In this document: positions 39,710 to 52,020 of the stretch, piece after piece
Position numbering within the stretch: position 1 is the first letter of the stretch
How the letters are laid out: each line of letters opens with the position of its first letter
Assembly: GCF_006345805.1 (NCBI RefSeq)
Contig: NC_043011.1
Location: 48,310,464-48,374,463, forward strand
DNA: 64,000 nucleotides
From: Octopus sinensis
Taxonomy: Eukaryota
Reading direction: 5' to 3'
Translations under genes and position numbers: made by a program
Notes under the pieces: generated by a model
Told to the model about the DNA's origin: nothing
What the model saw: the letters and a program-made list of their open reading frames with translations, nothing else
Database searches by the model: none

Positions 39710-39745
<36 letters not shown>

Positions 39746-39759
39746 ATATATATAGTGAA

Positions 39760-40082
39760 GGCACATGGCTCAGTGGTTAGAGTGTCGAGCTTACAATAGT
39801 GAGGTTGTGAGCTCAAATCCCAGACCGGACTGGGAGCTATTTCAAGACAATTTATTTCATGTTGCTCCAGTTCACTCAGCTGCAGAAATGAGTTGCAACA
39901 TCTCAAGTGCCAAGCTGTATTGGCTTTTGCCTTTCCCTTGGATAACATTGGTGGTGTGGAGAGGGGCGGCCGGTATGCATGGGCGACTGCTGGTCTTCCA
40001 TAAACAACCTTGCCTGGACTTGTACCTGAGAGGGTAACTTTCTAGGTGGAATCCCATGGTCAGTCTTGACCAAAGGGGGTCT
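39760..40082 (+). mobile_element. SINE family D
   Basis: GGCACATGGCTCAGTGGTTAGAGTG..GTTGCTCCAGTTCACTCAGCTG. Confidence 0.8.
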
Positions 40083-40084
40083 CA

Positions 40085-40121
<37 letters not shown>

Positions 40122-41599
40122 TATATTCATATACATATATATTAATTATCAAGGGTTAGATGGCCCAACAGGACCATATAGTTTCACACAGACATGCACA
40201 TATATACCCTCTCCAGTCCACACCCACCTTCAGCATTACCACACAGTTTTCGTCAACCAAATTTTATTCAGAGAATTGGTATTAATCTGAGACTACAATA
40301 AAAGACAGTTGCCCATCCCCTCCTTGAGATGTAGAAATGACTAAGATTATTCAGCACCCTTCACGACTACAACAATAGCAACCAACAAGAGAAAAGTCTT
40401 GATGAGTTTTTGTGCTGCTAGAAATAAGTGCTAAATCTTCTTCAAGCCACATCGTAGCTTAAAATAAGGACATTATAAAAGGCATTCTGCAATATACTGC
40501 ATTAAAAAAAATGATTTAAAAAATTACTACAACAAGATGGTTATGACTAGATTACTTTTGATCATAAATCTTTACTCTCAAGGCTTATTTGGGGCTAAAG
40601 ATCAGTCACCTCGACAACAGCAGACAAGCAGTAATAGCATGACCACCCACAACTAATCTACTCATCCATTCCAGAACATCACTGCACCAAACATTGCTAT
40701 ATTTGATGCCACTGGTACCAGATATTTCCATATTCAGTGCTATTCTTTAGAGACTGAAGAAAAAATAAACAAAGCAAGTATAGAGAAAGAAAACCATAGC
40801 AATGTAACACATGCCATTCATGAAGCCATTAATGCTGATTCTTTAGTCAGTGATGCTAAAGATAAAGAAATTCTAGGCATCATAAGTCACTTTGATAATT
40901 CAATAAACATCCATAGGTGAAAATATAACAAACAACAAAGAAGATAAAATAAACTTTAAAAATATCAAGCACAACCAAACAAAACAAAAGAAAAAGAGAA
41001 AATACACACACATGCATTAATATATGCCCATATATACACTTGGACACATAGATATATATCCACACAAAAAAATGAAAACTTAGAAAATGTGTTTTGTGTG
41101 AGATGTGCACCAATTTCTGAACACTTTAGAAGAACTGAATTTCGAGATTAAATCAATAAGGTGACAGCAAAAATCAGAACAAATGATTCAGGTGGTATTG
41201 ACTCATAGAACGTGAATAATAGCAAGCCAATTAGACATATAACCATTACAGTTACTGCCAATAATGGATGAGAATGGATGATGGTAACAAGCAAAAGAAA
41301 CAGCAGCAGGTAATTATTGGAGAGATAGAGTGAGTGAACACAAGGTAGGTCAAATGATGATTAAGACAAATGAGCTAGTTTGTTAAGCAATTTGTTTTCG
41401 TATTGCTGTTTTTCTATTGTTTAGGTTGTTGCTTTTTTTTAATTCTTTTAAATCGATTTTAGAACAGGAACAAGGTTGAATCAATAATATGTCTGATTAT
41501 CAATAACTGGATCAATACTTTGAACGTTGTCAATAGAGTTGTTTTGTAGCTTGAGCTGACATATTTTGGTAGATTGAGTTCTTGGTGTGTTTTGTATTT

Positions 41600-42185
41600 C
41601 GCAAACAGCCCAGTCTACCTTGTTGTAAAGGGGTTCCATGGGCAGGGTTCAGCTTAACATTGAAGTGAAATGCAAGACTATGTGTGTCGAGATCTCTGGA
41701 GATATGCTGTGACTGCAAAGACCCAACAAATAATGTGAGTTCATGGCCGTTTCCTGCACCAGTTTTGCATAGCCCCAGCCCATCCAAAGTACCTTAGATT
41801 GCAAAACGACCTGCTGTGCTTACCTCGGATCATAGGGTGATATGCTGTGCTTGAGGAGACCTATTGAGTCAAGTACATCAACATCAAAATAAATATCAAA
41901 TGGAAATAGAAGTTGTGATACCTGTGCCGGTGGCACGTAAAAAGCACCATCCGAACGTGGCTGATGCCAATGCCACCTTGACTGGCCTCTATGTCGGTGG
42001 CACATAAAAAGCACCCACTACACTCACGGAGTGGATGGCGTTAGGAAGGGCATCCAGCTGTAGAAACACTACCAGATCAGACTGGAGCCTGGTGCAGCCT
42101 CCTGGCTTCCCAGACCCTGGTCGAACTGTCCAACCCGTGCTAGCATAGAAAATGGACATTAAACTATGATGATGATGATGATGAT
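41600..42185 (+). mobile_element. 5'-truncated RTE LINE: ORF end, 3' UTR and (GAT)n tail
   Basis: RDLWRYAVTAKTQQIM* followed by the UTR that recurs throughout the window. Confidence 0.75.
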
Positions 42186-42191
42186 AAATAA

Positions 42192-42233
<42 letters not shown>

Positions 42234-42654
42234 CATCTGAAATGCACAGTGAAATGCAAATCCATCATGGCTGATTTATGAATTGGTTTTATGCTAGGAA
42301 TACAATTGGAACATCTTTTCCCTGACTTATGAACTCTTAGGCGACTCACACACACACACACACATATATATATTTAATAAACGTTTTTCTAGCTTGCAGT
42401 ATCAATTGAAAGATTTCTATAAATATTGCCTACTGAGGAAGAGGCTCAACTCTACTGAATTTCCTTGAATAAGGTACATAAAAATAAAAAGTCCCGAGTG
42501 ACAACACAATGATATATGTGTAGTAGCATGTTCTGGTACTCCGTTAGTATTGTTGATGAGTGTTTCAGTTGATTCTATTAATGTAACAGCCTGCTCATGA
42601 AATTAAAATGCATATGGCAGGGTACTCCACAGACATGTATACTCTTTGTGTCCT

Positions 42655-42702
42655 TAACCTGGGTTCTCATTCTTAAGGTATTTTTTCGATGTTATCATTA
42701 TC

Positions 42703-42737
<35 letters not shown>

Positions 42738-42846
42738 AGTCACTGCTAGGAATCGAACTCGGAAACTTGGGGTTAGTAGCCCATGCTCTTAACCACTACG
42801 CCATATGCCCGTATACATAATTCCTCATCTCTTAGATATAGAACTC
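42655..42846 (-). mobile_element. P1 element (tRNA-like head, truncated before the hammerhead) joined to an inverted terminal segment
   Basis: ACCACTACGCCATATGCCC followed by CATAATTCCTCATCTCTTAGATATAGAACT, as at 50922. Confidence 0.75.
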
Positions 42847-43768
42847 AACCCAGAACCATATGGAAGGTGGGGGAAGCAAACTTCTAACTATACAGCCACG
42901 TTTGTGCCTATATACTCTTTTACTTGTTTCAGTCATTTGGCTGCGGCCATGCTGGAGCACCGCCTTTATATGTAGCAAATACTATATTAGAAAATTTGCC
43001 TTTTCAAATATTTGATGCAGTGGCAGCCAGAGATATTGATTGAGATGTGCTTAGTCGTTATAAAAGACAAAATACAATACTAGGATTAAAGAAAAGACTA
43101 AGTCATGTACAACCATTGTTTGTAAAGGAATTAGAGAAAAGAAGAATTACAAAAAGTTCCTGTGTGTGGGTAGAGATAATGGGGTTGGTATTGTTTAGCC
43201 CCAGATCAGCCCAGATCAAAACAAAGCCAAGATCAAAGGAATTATAGGAATTGTTTTTTAAAAGCCTTTAGGATTACTTTATATAGTATATTATTGGCCA
43301 TTAAGATAGATATTTGAGGGAGATTTGTTTGCTATTTCTAGCAGCTTGATGAATTGATTTAGAGGCGCTTTAATTAGCTTGAGCTAATGAAGTCAGCAGT
43401 GGTGTTATTACTTATGATACTGTTATGGTGTATCCGGAAAGTGAGGTTGGTAGTTGTGTATATGTGTGTGTGTATGTGTGTGTATGTGTGTGTGTATGTG
43501 CGCGTGCGTGTGCGTATGTGTATGTGTAGGCGGGTTGAGTCTATGAAGGAAGGACACAGACTGAAAGAGACAGAGGGAGAGAATAAAAGGTGGATTTTTA
43601 GAGAAATTTATGAAAAGTGACTCACAATAGCTAAAATGAAATTTTATCTATAATTACAATAATAAATATTAATTATGCTGATTAGCATAAATGATGAAGT
43701 TAATAAGGAAATTAATTATATCCATTTCTCTATCTCTGTGTGTCTGTGCGTCTGTCTCTCTTTCAACA

Positions 43769-43809
<41 letters not shown>

Positions 43810-44214
43810 CTTTGTAGTGTCATAATCATCATATTTCAATATTTGTTTTCCATGCTGGTATGGGTTGGATGAATTCTACAGGAACAGCTTAGTCAGAAGA
43901 CAGCACTAAGTACTGCTATCTGCTTTGCCATATTTTCAATGGCTGGTTGCCTCTCCAAATGCCAACCACTACAAAATGTATTCAATGCTTTTTACATGGC
44001 ACCAACAGTAAATTGCAAAACAAGAAACCCGCAGCTGAAAGGACTGTAGTATTGTGAGACAGAAAACAAGAATCTTGAATTAGTGGGGAAATATGGCTGC
44101 CTCAGTTGGAGAGAGAAAGAGGAGAGAAAGAGAAAGAGGAGAGAGAGAGAAAGAGAGAGAGATGATGAAATGTGTGTATATGTGTGTGCATGCATACTTT
44201 TGTGTGTGTGTGTC

Positions 44215-44700
44215 AACATCATCGTTTAACGTCTACTTTCCATGCTGGCATGGGTTGGATGGTTTGACTGGGAACTGGTGAGTCAGATGGCTGCACCAGG
44301 CTCCAATCTGATCTGGCAGAGTTTCTACAGCTGGATGCCCTTCCTACACTCTGAGAGTGTAGTGGGTGCTATTACATCCCAGTCAGGTGGTACTGGCAAC
44401 AGCCATGCTCAAATGGTGTTTTTATGTGTCACCTGCACAGGAGCCAGTCCAGCGGCACTGGCAATGCCCTCGCTCGAATGTTTTTTTTTTATTACCACTG
44501 GCACAAGTGCCAGTAAGGCGATGCTGGTAACGATCATGCTTGAATGGTGCTTTTTACATGCCACAGGCATGGGGGCCAGTCAGCTGCCCTGGCAACGATC
44601 ACGCTCGGATGGTGCTCTTAGCGCTCCACTAGCACAGATGCCAGTCATGCGCTGCTGTCATTGAATTTGATTTTGATTTCACTTGCCTCAACAGGTATTC
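44215..44700 (-). mobile_element. RTE-type 3' UTR fragment
   Basis: CATCATCGTTTAACGTC..CTTGCCTCAACAGG. Confidence 0.8.
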
Positions 44701-45744
44701 ACAAGCCAACAGTGTGCAGTACTCAAGAACCACCAACAAGCCATACCAGCATGGGACAATTGAAATTCTGAAAGCATAATGTATATGCACGCAATTGAGG
44801 TTGTGGAAGTATGTCTATGTACACGTCTGGGTCTCTCAACCAGACACCCTATCAAATTCACAAGTGCTACTTTTTTTCTCCTTTTCCCATTCTTCCTCCC
44901 CTTTTCACAACCCAGACAACTGGGTTTGTCTCTTGAGCCACTTCCTATTGACAACCATCCCTCATTCTTACAATGAATGACCCCCACCTATGTTTACCAT
45001 TAATTTTTACCAGTGTCCACCCCAGCCCTTGTTTTATCCATATCCCACTTCTCTCCAGACTTTTGCACACTTTAACTTCATCCCTCACCACCACCACTTA
45101 CATTTCTCTCTTATTTGCACTAATATTTGGCTGCCGTAAGCAATGGAATTAGAACCCGTTACTACAAACCATTTCATACCACAATTTCTCCCCTGTCAGT
45201 CACTGTTCACTCTCCACTGAGCTAACCCCAATTGACATCCAACCATTGTATCTCCTTCATTGACCACACCACATTTATTCACTGTTCATGACATTCACAA
45301 CCTTCATACCTCCCAACATCTCAGTCACTATCTCCTTACACACTTGCAACCTTACCTACCTGTTGTGATTTTATGTAATTAGGTAAATTGTAGAAAGCCT
45401 TTCTGATGTATTTTATAGTTTTCAGATTCAGCCATTTGATTCCCTAAAAAAGCCATAGAATATGAACGCCTTTCATCTAACTTTGTGCATTTAAATTATA
45501 ATAAAGCATTATTAGAATGGAAAGTCAAGATGAATGAATTCAAAATTCATCTGGTGAATGTATTGGTTCATTAGTTTAAATATGTCGACAATTCTTTTGT
45601 TTGAGTGTGTGAACTTGTGCTGGATATTGATAGTGTATTTTTGTATCTTACTGAATAAGTATAAATCAAGGTGTATATTGTTTTCAAGAACTGGTCAAAT
45701 TGTAAGCAGACACAAGCCTAAATTCACTGATTTCTTTTTCGGAC

Positions 45745-45958
45745 TCCTTTACTCTTTTACTTGTTTCAGTCATTTGACTGCTCCCATGCTGGAGCACCAC
45801 TTTTAGTCGAGCAAATCGACACCAGGACTTATTCTTTGTAACCCTAGTACTTATTCTATTGGTCTATTTTGCAGAACCGCTAAGTTACGGGGACGTAAAC
45901 ACACCACCATCGGTTGTCAAGCGATGTTTGGGGGACAAACACAGTCACACAAACATAT

Positions 45959-46015
<57 letters not shown>

Positions 46016-46180
46016 TACGACGGGTTTCTTTCAGTTTCCGTCTTCCAAATCCACTCACAAGACTTTGGAAGGCCCGAGGCTATAGTAGAAGACACTTGCC
46101 AAAAGTGCCATGCAGTGGGAACGAACCTGAAAACATGTGGTTGGTAAGCAAGCTACTTACCACGCAGCCACTCCTGTGCC
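45745..46180 (-). mobile_element. Full SINE family B
   Basis: TACTCTTTTACTTGTTTCAGTCATTTGACTG..CTTACCACGCAGCC. Confidence 0.9.
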
Positions 46181-46699
46181 TATATAGATATCTACAGACA
46201 GTCATGCACACACTCACACATACATACACACACACATACATATATATATATGTATATATACACATGTATACACACTCACACACATATATAAATGCATGTA
46301 TATAGAGATTTTTGTATGTACTTATACATTTTCTATGCATATGTACATGCATGCACATAAATACACACACACACATGCACACACAAATGTGTGTGCATTT
46401 AAATGTATGTATGTATGCATATGATTATGTATATGTACTCCTTACATCTGACAGGTGTTTACTATGTAATCAAGTCAAGATTAAACTATATAATTCTTCA
46501 CATATATTTCAGAGAGTCTTACATGAAAGATTCTTTCCTTCAATTCTAACATCAGCATCCTATTTGAAATTATAGACTTCCTGCCTTTTGAAAAATCTAA
46601 ATTCTTCCGACATAGATTTGTATGTGGAAGCATGTGTGAGTATTTTATTTAAGCCAGTCTTTTACTCTGTGTGTGTGCAGGAGTGTGCGCGCATGTATA

Positions 46700-46830
46700 T
46701 GTATACATACATATATCTATATATACATAACATGTATATATTATATATATATTTATATATAATGCACACATATATATGTTTGTATATATTCATATAAATG
46801 TATATCTATATATACATACGCACACATACA

Positions 46831-46881
<51 letters not shown>

Positions 46882-47049
46882 GTATACATATATATGTATG
46901 TATATCTATATATACACTGTCCATCCCATGCCAATATGGGAAACAGACATTAAATGATGATGATAACGTACACATATACATACACAGACATACATACACA
47001 CGAATTATATATGTGTATATATATATGTATATATATATATATATAATAT

Positions 47050-47100
<51 letters not shown>

Positions 47101-47135
47101 GTATGTATATATATATGTGCGTATATATATGTGCG

Positions 47136-47199
<64 letters not shown>

Positions 47200-47212
47200 A
47201 TATATATATATT
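46700..47212. repeat. (TA)n-dominated compound microsatellite
   Basis: Visible in sequence. Confidence 0.95.
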
Positions 47213-47284
47213 GGGATGAGGTGGTGAAGCATGACCTTCAAACGTTAGGCCTCACTGAGGCAATGACTAGTGACTGAGACAACT

Positions 47285-47368
47285 TTTTGAGTTATTTTGC
47301 ACACAGACGGACAGACGGACAAACCAACGCCAATGAAAACCTAACTTCCTTCCTAGGCGGAGGTAATA
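47285..47368 (-). mobile_element. DINE-1/HINE-like element terminus
   Basis: TTATTACCTCCGCCTAGGAAGG..GTTTGTCCGTCTGTCCGTCTGTG: hairpin plus (GTCY)n, the DINE-1 hallmark. Confidence 0.6.
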
Positions 47369-47644
47369 ATAGAACCGGGTGCTGGGTGGTGACAGAGATG
47401 CACGAAAATCTGTGCAAGTAGTGAGACTGGTGGTAGATGCTACAGACTGGTGGATTATATGCTGAAAGGATATAGTCACTAAGTAACGATTAAGTCTTAG
47501 TGAAGATTAGGTTTTAAAGAAACAACACCTTCTTTCATCAGTTTGAAACTGATGAAAGAAGTTGTTTTTTGGGTAAATATGCTAGTTACCTTCAAAAGCA
47601 TTGATAATTCCTTAAAAAAAAGGCATCCCATTATTATTTGTTTC

Positions 47645-47935
47645 AGGTGGCACAATGGCCCAGTGGTTAGGGCAGCGGACTCGCGGTTGGAGGATCGTGG
47701 TTTCGATTCTCAGACTGGGCGCTGTGTGGGTTTATTGAGTGAAAACACCAAAAAGCTCCCCAAGACTCCAGCAGGGGCTGGTGGCAACCCCTGTTGTACT
47801 CTTTCGCTACCACTTTCTCTCACTCTCTCTTCCTGTTTCTTGAGTAACGCTGCGATGGACTGGCATCTCGCCCAGCTGAGGGGAACACATATGCTACAGA
47901 AACCGGAAAACCAGGCCCATGAGCCTGGCTAGGCT
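47645..47935 (+). mobile_element. SINE family E
   Basis: GGCACAATGGCCCAGTGGTTAGGGCAGCGGACTCGCGG. Confidence 0.85.
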
Positions 47936-47994
47936 TGAAAAGGTTGACGTTTTATCATTATTATTTGTTTCATGCTTGGACACCTACAATGTCT

Positions 47995-48230
47995 TCAGGT
48001 GGCGAGCTGGCAGAAACGTTAGCACGCCGGGCGAAATGCGTTGCCATATTTGGTCTGCCGTTACGTTCTGAGTTCAAATTCCGCCGAGGTCGATTTTGCT
48101 TTCATCCTTTCGGGATCGATAAATTAAGTACTAGTTCAACACTGGGGTCGATGTAATCGACTCAATACCTATGTCTGTCCTTGTTTGTCCCCTCTGTGTT
48201 TAGCCCCTTGTGGGTAGTAAAGAAATAAAT
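47995..48230 (+). mobile_element. Full, CpG-rich SINE family A
   Basis: GGCGAGCTGGCAGAAACGTTAGCACGCCGGGCG..GGGTAGTAAAGAAATA. Confidence 0.9.
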
Positions 48231-49438
48231 ATCTTCAGGCTTTTGTTTCAATTTATCTTCAATGCCATATTGACAATTCTGTTTTTGTTACTTGCTGAAC
48301 TTCTTCATCTTTGACTTCTACATATCATGTTAAGCATGTTGCTCATGAAAGCATAAAGGCTATTTGCTCTTTAATAGTCATAACTTCAGGGCTACATCTT
48401 TCATTAGCTTAGTTCTTTAATTTGATAACAGAGGCTACTTTTGAAACAACAATTCTCCTTCAATAGGATTTATATTGCAAGTTCAATAACAGATTTGGCC
48501 CCGAACATGGAAACAATATAAAGTACAACCTAAAGCATGAGATATGCGCCCTCCCAGAATATCAAAGAAAAATGCTGCATTCTAGGAACTAATATCTTTG
48601 ATGTTTTCATAATTAAGATACCATGGGTTGCTAATTTAATTACGAAGATATAGTGTTTTCTCTTTGGTTAGGAAATATTATTTTATGTATGACAGCAGTT
48701 TTCAGAAACCAACATCTAAGGAACATTCTGATAAAATATGATTAGCATTTCAGGATTAGCAATTTATATTCATAACCCATATGAATGATGCACTGAAATT
48801 TTCTTCTAGAAAATGATTGCTGTTGACTATTGTTTGGAAATCTTGTATTTCTTCTACTTAGAATAATTTTTATCTTTGTCTTTTGAAGATACAACTTTCT
48901 TCATTTCCTTCTGCAATAAGAACCCTATATCATTTCCTAGCAGTCAGCCTTCTGTCTTCTGCTTTCTCTGAATTTCCATTTTACATTCTTTTTGATTATT
49001 TATTTTCTTTCTTGATCTGGCTTTGTTTTTCCTTTTGTTTCATTTTTGTCTTCTCTTAGATATTCTTATTATTGAATTGCATCTCTTTTTCTCAACAATT
49101 CTCTTTGAATATTAACTGTTTCTTGCGATAAACTTCATCTTCATCTAGCCTTATTCCTATGGATGCTGTTGCATATTGTTATAGCAATGGCTGGATTCAT
49201 ATTTTTGATGATTTTTGGGGTAACTACAGATCACATGTAACATATTCTACAGATGTGTACCATTTTTTTGTTGAGCCTCAGGAGTTTAAGACCTCCTCTG
49301 ACTTATTATCCATTAGAAATTTTGTATTTAATACCTATCTTTGATTAGAAAAAGGGTCATTTTTGTTATTATATAATTGTCGCAAGTCCAAGTGAGGTTA
49401 CACTTCACACATGCGTGCACGCATACACACATACACAC

Positions 49439-49625
49439 ACGAGGGGTGCTGAAAAGATCCTGGGTTTTTGTAAAAGGAAATACAGGAAAATTAGTTAATT
49501 ATGATTTTCTTCAACATATTCCCCTCTCAGATTCATACACTTATTTGCAGAGTGGTCTTTTCAGTTTTCCTAAGCCCTGTAAAAGAACTCAGAATGTTGG
49601 GTCACCAACCAAGCTTTTGCAATAC
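49439..49625. mobile_element. Tc1/mariner-type MITE, one TIR retained
   Basis: GAGGGGTGCTGAAAAGATCCTGG; internal sequence is the reverse complement of 61359-61575. Confidence 0.7.
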
Positions 49626-49706
49626 TCACAAAGCCATCTGTGTGTGTGTATACTTCGTTTTTGTATTTGGTTATGTGAATTCGTGTGTTGAAGCAAAATA
49701 TGTTTC

Positions 49707-49913
49707 GTCTGAGGAGAGTTATATTGTCTTAATGCCTTATTATCTAACATATTCACCATTTCGATTTCCACTCGTTAATGATTTATAATTTTTAAAATAT
49801 TTTAATATTTTTTATATATTTAAAAAAAATAATACAAATAATAAATGAGTGGAAATGAAACTGGTGAGTGTGTTAGATAATAAAGCATTTAAGCAATACA
49901 ACTCTCCCCAGAC
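49707..49913. repeat. Fold-back: ~70-bp inverted arms (49707-49776 and 49844-49913) around an AT-rich spacer
   Basis: TTATTATCTAACATATTCACCA..TTTCCACTC versus GAGTGGAAA..TGGTGAGTGTGTTAGATAATAA. Confidence 0.8.
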
Positions 49914-50309
49914 ACAATATATATTTATTATTTCATACTTTATTTAGTTCTAGGTAAATGTTTTATCGTAACTTTAATTTTTTCTATATGCTATGATTTA
50001 AGTATATCATTGTTGAATTGCTACATTGAGGTTCTTGTCTAATTTATATACATGTATTATATATCGTGAAATTTGATTTAGCATTACTAAATTGAATTTT
50101 TCCCTGTAAGTTTGGAATCATATTCCCTAATATTATTAGAATTATTATTATTATATATATATAATAAATTATTCAGGTCACTGCCTGGAATCAAACTCAC
50201 AATCTTGGAAATTTTGTATTTCTTCTACTTAGAATAATTTTTACCTTTGTCTTTTGACAACCACTATGCCATATATGCCCATGGGCAATTATGGAGAGAA
50301 TTTTAGGGT

Positions 50310-50805
50310 TTATAAATCTAATATTGTCCTATCCTTCCTTAATACCGGTTCCTATATGCTATTCATATCTGCACTCGGTCTGCTTAGGAGGTTGTTGTGT
50401 CCTAGCATATGTGCTACTTCTTTTAGTTTTCATATTTTCCAGTCGTGTTCTCTGTCTATTGTTTTAACTTCATCCCACAGGGGGAGGTGGTGTCCATTTT
50501 TCCATACATGATCAGCTATACCCGATTTATTAATATCTCCTCATGTCACAACTTTGTGATGTTCCTCTACCCTTATTTTAAGGGGCTAGCATGTTTCACC
50601 TTTGTATAAGCTACCACAGCTGCATGGGATGGAGTACATGCAGTTCTTAGTCATATTCTCTTCTATAGGTGGTTTTACTCGAAGGAGATATTTGCAAAGT
50701 GTTGTATTACTCTTGAATACTGTCCTGGTGTTATATGGGCCACATATCTTTTGTATCTTTTCAGAGAGGCCTTTGACATAGGGTAGACAGACTGTAGACA
50801 GATTC
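50310..50805 (-). pseudogene. PLE RT thumb and GIY-YIG endonuclease remnant
   Basis: LPYVKGLSEKIQKICGPYNTRTVFKSNTTL..KNCMYSIPCSCGSLYKGETC*PLKIRVEEH..SGIADHVW..WDEVKTIDRE..KLKE. Confidence 0.9.
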
Positions 50806-50818
50806 AAAATTTCCCAAA

Positions 50819-50864
50819 GACACCTGATGAAGGCTGGAGGGTATATCAGCCGAAACGTTGTGTT
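50819..50864 (+). ncRNA. Intact minimal type-I hammerhead ribozyme motif
   Basis: GACAC-CTGATGA-A-GGCTG(GAGGGTATAT)CAGCC-GAAACGT-T-GTGTT: full core, 5-bp stems I and II, palindromic ACGU stem III. Confidence 0.75.
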
Positions 50865-51282
50865 AACAACAAACAAGATATCCGTCAAATGTAAATAATG
50901 TAAATAATATAAATAATGTTCATAATTCCTCATCTCTTAAATATAGAACTGTAAAATAAGTACCTGTTGAGCAATGAGACTGATGTAATTAACTTACCCC
51001 AACTCCAAAATTGCTGGCCCTGTGCCAAAATTTGAAAGCAAATTACTTTTTGGTATCTCTTGACAGTAGTAAACCTCTTCCTGTCCCTTCTATCGCACTC
51101 TAATCACTAAACAATTAGTGTAAAGTCCCTAACCCCACACCTCCTCTCTACTATACTTTTACTCAGTTATGGGGGTTCTTTATTTCACTTTAGTCGTGTT
51201 GGTATCACAAAAAAATAACATCCAGTACATTCTGTAAAGTGACTGGCTCTATGAAGGACACTCGGGCATCGAAATCTAGCTA

Positions 51283-51474
51283 AAACTGATACATTGGAAC
51301 AATATGTGTGGTTTTCATATATATGTACACACATGCATATATATATATGATCTGAGACCCCCTTCGGTCAGAACACAGAAACTGATACATTGGAACAATA
51401 TGTGTGGTTTTCATATATATGTACACACATACATATATATATATGATCTGAGACCCCCTTCGGTCAGAACACAG
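51283..51474. repeat. Near-perfect 96-bp tandem duplication (2 copies)
   Basis: AAACTGATACATTGGAAC..GGTCAGAACACAG at 51283 and 51379. Confidence 0.95.
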
Positions 51475-52020
51475 ACCATGGGATTGCACCTAGAATTACC
51501 CTTCCAGGCACAAGTCCGGGCAAGGTTGTTTATGGAAGACCAGCATACAGGCCTCCCTTCTCCATGCCATCAGTGTTATCCAAGGGAAAAGCAACAGCCG
51601 ATGCAGCTTGGCACCTGTGATGTCGCAACTCATTCCTACAGCTGAGTGAACTGGAGCAACGTGAAATAAAGTGTCTTAAGGCGGTGAGCTGGCAGAAACG
51701 TTAGCATGCCGGGCGAAATGCTTAGCGGGATTTAGTCTGCCATTACATTCTGAGTTCAAATTCCGCCAGGGTTGACTTTTCCTTTCGTCCTTTCGGGGTC
51801 GATAAATTAAGTACCAGCTATGCACTGGGGTCGATATAATCGACTTAATTCGTCTGTCTGTCCTTGTTTGTCTCCTCTGTGTTTAGCCCTTTGTGGGAAG
51901 TAAAGACATCGAAATAAATTGTCTTGCTCAAGAACACAACACACAGCCTGGTCCAGGATTCGATCTCACAACCTCACGATTGTAAGCTTGACACTCTAAC
52001 CACTGAGCCATGCACCTCTA
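51440..52020 (-). mobile_element. SINE family D interrupted by SINE family A
   Basis: Collinear family D halves on either side of 51678-51910. Confidence 0.8.
51678..51910 (+). mobile_element. SINE family A with a 15-bp TSD
   Basis: TSD GAAATAAAGTGTCTT (51663-51677) / GAAATAAATTGTCTT (51911-51925). Confidence 0.9.

Larger units (their letters stand above)
50170..50950 (-). mobile_element. 5'-truncated Penelope-like element with an inverted terminal repeat
   Basis: Minus-strand ORF end plus P1 3' region (50170-50805), joined to a plus-strand copy of the hammerhead/tail (50805-50950). Confidence 0.85.

Noticed and set aside
40675-40916. 242-bp open reading frame between AG and GT
   Set aside because: No recognisable motif; its E/K richness mirrors a minus-strand T/C tract; ORFs this long are expected by chance
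44990-45360. C/A-rich segment, possibly a decayed PLE RT (similar at 28130-28340)
   Set aside because: Only faint motif echoes
47490-47540. Minus-strand CTGATGA with a stem II-like hairpin
   Set aside because: Lacks GAAAC and an NUH site, so not a hammerhead
48240-49330. Possible old LINE body on the minus strand
   Set aside because: Motifs too eroded to assign by eye
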